Shown here one piece after another: positions 59,456 through 64,000 of a stretch of DNA of 64,000 nt. The DNA comes from an uncultured Eubacteriales bacterium (GTDB taxonomy: Bacteria; Bacillota; Clostridia; Christensenellales; UMGS416): NCBI GenBank assembly GCA_900542005.1, contig UQLW01000004.1, positions 44,361-108,360 of the forward strand, in the 5' to 3' direction. Within the stretch, counting starts at the first letter, position 1; each line of letters starts with the position of its first letter. The notes below the pieces were generated by a model. The model made no database searches. It was not told the DNA's origin and saw only the letters and a list, made by a program, of their open reading frames with translations. Made by a program: the position numbers and the translations under genes.

Positions 59456-60616
59456 ATGGGATTAGGCAGCTTCATTAAGCGGCAATTTCTTGACATTATC
59501 GAATGGCAGGACGAGAGCCGCGACACCATAGTCTACAAATTCGTCGTGGAAAAAGGCGAGATTCAGAACAACTCCAAGGTCGTGGTCCGGCCGGGCCAGG
59601 CCGCCGTCTTTGTCAATGAAGGCGCGATTGCCGACGTATTGACTGAGGGCACCTATCCGCTCTCTACCAGGACCGTCCCCATCCTGTCCGATCTGAAGGG
59701 CTGGAAATTCGGCACCTTTGAGAGCGAGTTCAAATCCGACGTCTACTTCGTCTCCCTCCGCAACTTCCAGAACAACAAATGGGGCACGCCCACCCCGGTG
59801 CTGATGCCCGATCCGCTCTTCGGCCAGGTCGAGGTTCGGGCCTTTGGCACCTTCGGCTTTACGGTGAAGGACCCCCAGAAATTTGTCCGGGAGATCTCCT
59901 CCACCAACCGGACCTATACGGTGGAGGACATCCAGGAGCAGCTGCGGGATTATATCGTGACCAACTTTATCCCCCTGACCACCAGCCTGGGCGTATCCGT
60001 AGCCCAGCTGTCCACGGCCTATGAGCAGATCCGCCAGGCCGTAACCCAGGGGGCCGACGATGAATTTGAGGCGCTTGGCCTGGATATTACCGCCTTTACC
60101 ATCACCTCCATCACCCTGCCCGAGGAGGTCAACGAATCCCTCCGCGAGGTTACGCGGGCCAACATGATCGGCACCATCCAGAACATGGATAAGGTACAGC
60201 GCTATGAGGCCACCCAGGCCATGCGCGACTCGGTCAACAACCCCGGCATGAACGCCATCAACCAGGCCGGTATGGGCGTGGGGATGGGCTTTGGGATGGC
60301 GGGTATGATGCAGCAGACCGTGGCCCAGGGGATGAGCCAGCAGCCGCAGCAGGCTCCGGCCGCCTCCGTCTCCGGCGCCGTCCCGGCAGCGGCCGCCGGC
60401 GCTGCCGGCACGGCTGCCGCCGATATCCAGGAGGCCCCCTTCGGCTGCTGCGCCGAATGCGGCGCGCCGCTGAAGGAAAACGCCAAATTCTGCGTGAAGT
60501 GCGGCGCCAAGGTACCGCCCAAGGAGCCCGCGGTTTCCTTCTGCCCCCAGTGCGGCACCAAGATCGAGGGGCCCGCAGGCTTCTGCCCCGAATGCGGCAC
60601 CAAGCTGGACGGCTAG
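59456..60616 (+). CDS. SPFH/Band-7 (YdjI-like) protein with Gly/Met/Gln-rich linker and two C-terminal zinc ribbons
   Basis: AAGGAGG lies 7 nt before the ATG. N-terminal ...IIEWQDESRDTIVYKF...VVRPGQAAVFVNEG... C-terminal CAECG..17..CVKCG and CPQCG..11..CPECG. Confidence 0.85.
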   Translation: MGLGSFIKRQFLDIIEWQDESRDTIVYKFVVEKGEIQNNSKVVVRPGQAAVFVNEGAIADVLTEGTYPLSTRTVPILSDLKGWKFGTFESEFKSDVYFVSLRNFQNNKWGTPTPVLMPDPLFGQVEVRAFGTFGFTVKDPQKFVREISSTNRTYTVEDIQEQLRDYIVTNFIPLTTSLGVSVAQLSTAYEQIRQAVTQGADDEFEALGLDITAFTITSITLPEEVNESLREVTRANMIGTIQNMDKVQRYEATQAMRDSVNNPGMNAINQAGMGVGMGFGMAGMMQQTVAQGMSQQPQQAPAASVSGAVPAAAAGAAGTAAADIQEAPFGCCAECGAPLKENAKFCVKCGAKVPPKEPAVSFCPQCGTKIEGPAGFCPECGTKLDG

Positions 60617-60627
60617 GAGGGGGCAGC

Positions 60628-61545
60628 ATGAAAAAACGCCGCGCCCTCCTATCGCTGCTGTCGCTTTTCGCTGCCTTGGCTATAGCGGCCATGCTTCCCC
60701 TGACGGGGCTGGCCGACGCCGGAAATTTCTCCGGCGACAGCGACTATGGCGGCTCCGACTGGAGCAGCTCTGATTCCGATTGGGATTCCGACTTCAGCTT
60801 CAGCTCCTCTTCCAGCTCCTCCTCCGGCGGGGGAGGCAGCCTCATCGGTCTTGTGATCCTGGTGGTGATCGTCGTCATCATCCTACGCGCCAGAGGCGGC
60901 AGGGGCGGCGGAAAGCCCACTGGCGGCCCCGGCGCATCCTCCGGCCCTGTACAGATGCCCCAGCCGGAGATCGACAGCGGCCTGTCCAAGCTCAGGGAGC
61001 AGGATCCCGATTTCTCCCGCGAAGCCTTCCTGGAGCGGGTTTCCAACATGTATGTGCAGCTGCAGGAGGCCTGGGAGGCCAAGAAGTGGGAGCCGATCCG
61101 CATCATGATGACCGACGCCCTCTACAACCAGTTCAAGCGCCAGCTGGATGAATACATCCGCAACAACCAGACCAACCATGTGGACCGCATCGCCGTTCTG
61201 TCGGCAGAGATAATCGGCTACCGCCAGGACGAGGTAAACGACATCATCAAGGTGCTGCTGAAGACGCGCATTGTCGATTATGTGGAGAACGACGCGGACG
61301 GCAGCCTGGTTTCCGGCGACAGAAGCCGCGAGAAGTTCATGACCTATGAGTGGACGCTGATCCGGGCCAAGGGCGTCAAAACCGCCCATGACCCAGGCGT
61401 CAGCCAGGTCAACTGCCCCAGCTGCGGCGCGCCCATGAGCGTGAACCAGTCGGGCAAATGCGAATACTGCGGCAGCGTACTGACCAGCGGGCAGTATGAT
61501 TGGATCATCTCCGCGATCCGTGGAATTTCTCAGGTGACCCGCTAG
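60628..61545 (+). CDS. Tim44-like domain membrane protein with Ser/Asp-rich ectodomain and C-terminal zinc ribbon
   Basis: Signal peptide MKKRRALLSLLSLFAALAIAAMLPLTGLADA. Then a ...SDSDWDSDFSFSSSSSSSSGGGG... tract, the TM helix LIGLVILVVIVVIIL, ...FLERVSNMYVQLQEAWEAKKWEPIRIMMTDALYNQF... (Tim44-like), and CPSCG..10..CEYCG. Confidence 0.75.
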   Translation: MKKRRALLSLLSLFAALAIAAMLPLTGLADAGNFSGDSDYGGSDWSSSDSDWDSDFSFSSSSSSSSGGGGSLIGLVILVVIVVIILRARGGRGGGKPTGGPGASSGPVQMPQPEIDSGLSKLREQDPDFSREAFLERVSNMYVQLQEAWEAKKWEPIRIMMTDALYNQFKRQLDEYIRNNQTNHVDRIAVLSAEIIGYRQDEVNDIIKVLLKTRIVDYVENDADGSLVSGDRSREKFMTYEWTLIRAKGVKTAHDPGVSQVNCPSCGAPMSVNQSGKCEYCGSVLTSGQYDWIISAIRGISQVTR

Positions 61546-61555
61546 CCCACACCGC

Positions 61556-61590
61556 AGAAGGCGGCCGAAGCTTCGGCCGCCTTCTTTTTA
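61556..61590. terminator. bidirectional hairpin terminator
   Basis: AGAAGGCGGCCGAAG/CTTCGGCCGCCTTCT, a perfect 30-nt palindrome, followed by TTTTT. Confidence 0.8.
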
Positions 61591-61637
61591 TGCCGCTGCC
61601 CACCCGGGCGCGAAGCCGCGCTTTGCCGGGGCCCGCT

Positions 61638-62483
61638 TCAGCGCCGGGCATACCGGCTCCGCCATTGCTGCGGCGTCATGCCGGTGCGCCGCTTAAAGAT
61701 CCGGGAAAAATACGCGCCGTCCGCATAGCCCGCCAGATTCCCCACCTCCCCGATGGGCAAATCGGTCATGGCCAGCAGGCTTTTGGCCTTTTCCAGCCGC
61801 AGCTGGCTGATGAGCCCGCCCGGCGAAACACCGGCCATGCGCTGAAACGACCGGTGGAAATAAGCCCTGCTCAGTCCGCTGTCCCCAATGAGTTCCTCCA
61901 CGGTCAGGGGCTGGTCAAAGCACCGCTGGATCCGGTCCCGGGCGGCGCGGACAGCCGGCGGGATCGGGCTCTCCGAGGCCTGCGCCGTCTCCAGGAAGAT
62001 CTCGCTCAGCAGCAGGCCCAGGCTGGCCTTGCAGGCAAAGGCGTCCGCCTCCTCTCCCGGCCGGCCATGCTCCTGGATCCGCCGGATCAACCCCTCCACC
62101 ATCTCCGGCTTTTTCAGCTTAAGCCGCGGCGGCATCGCCCGCAGCAGCGGATTGTGATAATCGCTCTGCGCCTCCTCCGGGCTGCCGAATTCATAGCCCG
62201 CCGCCCGCTTATCATTGCCCAGCATATCCACGCACAGCGTATAGCAGGCATAGGGCGCCACGCCGCGCACCACCTGCCCCGGCCGCCGCAGGCTCATTTC
62301 CCCCGCCTTAAAGGGATAAAACCGGCCATCCACATAGATGCCCCCGTCGCTTTTGACGAAATACTCCAGCTCATAATCGTACACCGTCCGCTCGGGCATG
62401 GCCCGCCCCGGCTCCAGGGCGTAGCCGTCAAAATAGTAGCAGCATAGCAGCGTGGGGTTCAGGTATTGGGTTGGCAGCTCTAT
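61638..62483 (-). CDS. AraC family transcriptional regulator (cupin + HTH); start uncertain
   Basis: ...LTVEELIGDSGLSRAYFHRSFQRMAGVSPGG...IGEVGNLAGYADGAYFSRIFKRRTGMTPQQW... The first in-frame ATG is at 62399. Cupin-like sequence continues upstream to an AAGGAGG at 62492-62498, where only ATA 62483 or CTG 62477 are in frame. Confidence 0.8.
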   Translation of the reverse strand: MELPTQYLNPTLLCCYYFDGYALEPGRAMPERTVYDYELEYFVKSDGGIYVDGRFYPFKAGEMSLRRPGQVVRGVAPYACYTLCVDMLGNDKRAAGYEFGSPEEAQSDYHNPLLRAMPPRLKLKKPEMVEGLIRRIQEHGRPGEEADAFACKASLGLLLSEIFLETAQASESPIPPAVRAARDRIQRCFDQPLTVEELIGDSGLSRAYFHRSFQRMAGVSPGGLISQLRLEKAKSLLAMTDLPIGEVGNLAGYADGAYFSRIFKRRTGMTPQQWRSRYARR

Positions 62484-62605
62484 GCATCCCGCCTCCTTTT
62501 CTTCTGACTTTAGTATACTTTTATCCTGTTGGCAAGACTTTTTGCCTACCCCTCCCGCCCGGCGGGAAGGTATAATGAAACCAGCAAAAACAGGAGGGGT
62601 TTCGC

Positions 62606-63676
62606 ATGACAGGCAAGGAACGGATGCAGCGCATCCTGCGGCATGAGCCGGTGGACCGCATCGGCCTTTATGAACACTTTTGGAACGATACCTACCAGGC
62701 ATGGCAGCAGCAGGGCCATATCGCTCCGGGCGAATCCTATGAGGATCATTTTGGTTTCGATATGCAGGAGCACTGGGCCTTTAACCTGACAGCGGACCTG
62801 GACTTTGAACGGCAGGTTGTCGCGGAAACGCACGATACCATCACCTACCTGGACGGCAACGGCGCCACGCTCCGGCGGCACAAGTTCCATGATACCACGC
62901 CCGAGCATGTGGACTTCCAGATCAAGACCCGGGAGGACTGGGCGCGCATCAAGCCGCTCCTGACGCCTGACCCCCGGCGGATTGATTTCGAGGGCTACCG
63001 GCGCCAGCGGCAGGCGGCGGCCCAGGCCGGGCGCTTTTTTGTCTGGAGCGGGATCAACGTCTTTGAGTGCATCCATCCCGTAACCGGCCATGAGCATATG
63101 CTCATCGGCATGGTGGATGATCCCGACTGGGTGCTCGATATGGCCCAGACCTATGCCCAGCTCACCATTGAGCTGCAAAAGCAGCTTTTTGAAGCCGAGG
63201 GCTATCCGGACGGCATCTGGTATTATGAGGATATGGGCTATAAGGGCAGCCCCTTTATGTCACCGCGCATGTACCGTTCGCTCATCATGCCCGCCCACAT
63301 CGAAACCATCGCCTATGCCAAGGCCCACAGCCTGCCGGTCATCATGCACTCCTGCGGCTATGTGGAGCCGCTTTTGCCCCATATGATCGAGGCGGGCATC
63401 GACTGCCTGCAGGTGCTGGAGGTTAAAGCCGGCATGGACCCGGTCAAGCTGCACAGGCTCTATGGCGACCGCATCTGCTTTATGGGCGGGATCGACGTGC
63501 GCGCGCTGTATTCCAATGACCGCGCCGTCATCGACCGGGAGCTGGAGGCCAAGGTGCCGCTGATGAAGGAGGGATATAACTTCATGCTTCACAGCGACCA
63601 CTCCATCCCCAGCACCGTCATGTATGAAACCTATCGGTATTTTATTGAAAAAGGGTTGTCTCTGGGGCAATACTGA
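62606..63676 (+). CDS. uroporphyrinogen decarboxylase (URO-D) family protein, paralogue 3
   Basis: ...HEPVDRIGLYE... at the N-terminus, then ...VIMHSCGYVEPLLPHMIEAGIDCLQ... and ...MLHSDHSIP... GGAGGGG RBS. Confidence 0.85.
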   Translation: MTGKERMQRILRHEPVDRIGLYEHFWNDTYQAWQQQGHIAPGESYEDHFGFDMQEHWAFNLTADLDFERQVVAETHDTITYLDGNGATLRRHKFHDTTPEHVDFQIKTREDWARIKPLLTPDPRRIDFEGYRRQRQAAAQAGRFFVWSGINVFECIHPVTGHEHMLIGMVDDPDWVLDMAQTYAQLTIELQKQLFEAEGYPDGIWYYEDMGYKGSPFMSPRMYRSLIMPAHIETIAYAKAHSLPVIMHSCGYVEPLLPHMIEAGIDCLQVLEVKAGMDPVKLHRLYGDRICFMGGIDVRALYSNDRAVIDRELEAKVPLMKEGYNFMLHSDHSIPSTVMYETYRYFIEKGLSLGQY

Positions 63677-63694
63677 CCCCGATGCCAAAACAAA

Positions 63695-63732
63695 GCAGGA
63701 CGTGCCGAAGCCTCGGCACGTCCTGCCTTTTA
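63695..63732. terminator. bidirectional hairpin terminator
   Basis: GCAGGACGTGCCGA-agcc-TCGGCACGTCCTGC followed by CTTTTA. Confidence 0.8.
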
Positions 63733-63741
63733 TCCAGGGGC

Positions 63742-64000
63742 TTACTGCAGGTAGTTGCCCATCATGCCATCCACCGCGCTGAAATTCACCACGCTGCTCT
63801 CCTCATCCAGCAGCGCGGTAAACCACGCCTGCTTTTTTAACTCCTCGCTGAAGGCAGGCTTCTGGGTAACGTCCAGCGGCTTCTTGCGGCGGGTGTCATA
63901 GCCGTAGACAAAGCTTTTGCCCCCGGCCACGCTGCCGGTCATGCGGTTCAGCGTCTTATTTCCATATTGCTCCCGCACAGCCTTGGCCGGCATCCCCACC
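63742..64000 (-). CDS. extracellular solute-binding protein (ABC sugar transporter, large LplA-type), C-terminal fragment; gene starts beyond window
   Basis: The frame is open to the window edge. The tail ...NKTLNRMTGSVAGGKSFVYGYDTRRKKPLDVTQKPAFSEELKKQAWFTALLDE... resembles C-termini of large lipoprotein SBPs. The assignment is tentative. Confidence 0.55.
   Translation of the reverse strand, partial: VGMPAKAVREQYGNKTLNRMTGSVAGGKSFVYGYDTRRKKPLDVTQKPAFSEELKKQAWFTALLDEESSVVNFSAVDGMMGNYLQ

Noticed and set aside
1-64000. Search for tRNA, rRNA, CRISPR arrays, transposases, integrases, phage or known defence-system genes
   Set aside because: None was recognised on either strand. No T-loop or anticodon-arm patterns, no repeat-spacer arrays and no DDE/tyrosine/serine recombinase motifs were seen, so none are reported.

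Overview
This is a high-GC (about 60-68% in the 60-nt lines I counted by hand) chromosomal segment from a Gram-positive, Clostridia-like bacterium. Supporting signs are AGGAGG-type RBSs, ATG/GTG/TTG starts, lipobox lipoproteins, a type-2 GalT and ribosomal protein S21. I call 64 intact or window-truncated CDSs plus 2 gene fragments. I recognised no rRNA, tRNA, CRISPR array, transposase, integrase or phage gene. The content falls into four groups. (i) Housekeeping genes: murA, corA, cvpA, galT, rpsU. (ii) A dense set of carbohydrate and host-glycan genes: 2 DUF4838 paralogues, a Cys-type sulfatase, a BadF-type sugar kinase, a SIS protein, heparinase II/III-like, an FAD oxidoreductase, a BNR/sialidase-like protein, GH3, 3 xylose-isomerase-like TIM barrels, Gfo/Idh/MocA oxidoreductases and 3 URO-D-family paralogues, with 4 AraC-type regulators. 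(iii) Cell-envelope enzymes: two YkuD L,D-transpeptidases, NlpC/P60 and GtrA. (iv) Signalling and membrane modules: HD-GYP + DUF5317, DUF1538 + tandem P-II, SPFH-zinc-ribbon + Tim44-like, and PadR + a flavodoxin-SCP2-membrane fusion. The most noteworthy observations are these. A ~2.9 kb low-GC insertion (27.3-30.2 kb) carries a MATE/MerR cassette with a palindromic face-to-face promoter and is bounded by gene fragments. A translationally coupled seven-gene minus-strand operon (37.4-44.8 kb) mixes heparinase-like, FAD, Gfo/Idh/MocA, SnoaL, nucleotidyltransferase and two uncharacterised proteins. An AraC/URO-D divergent architecture occurs twice. There is a structured corA leader. The DUF1538/P-II and SPFH/Tim44-like gene pairs are of unknown function. 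Nothing matches a known defence or mobile system. Every functional statement beyond protein-family resemblance is inference from reading the translations, because no database search could be run.
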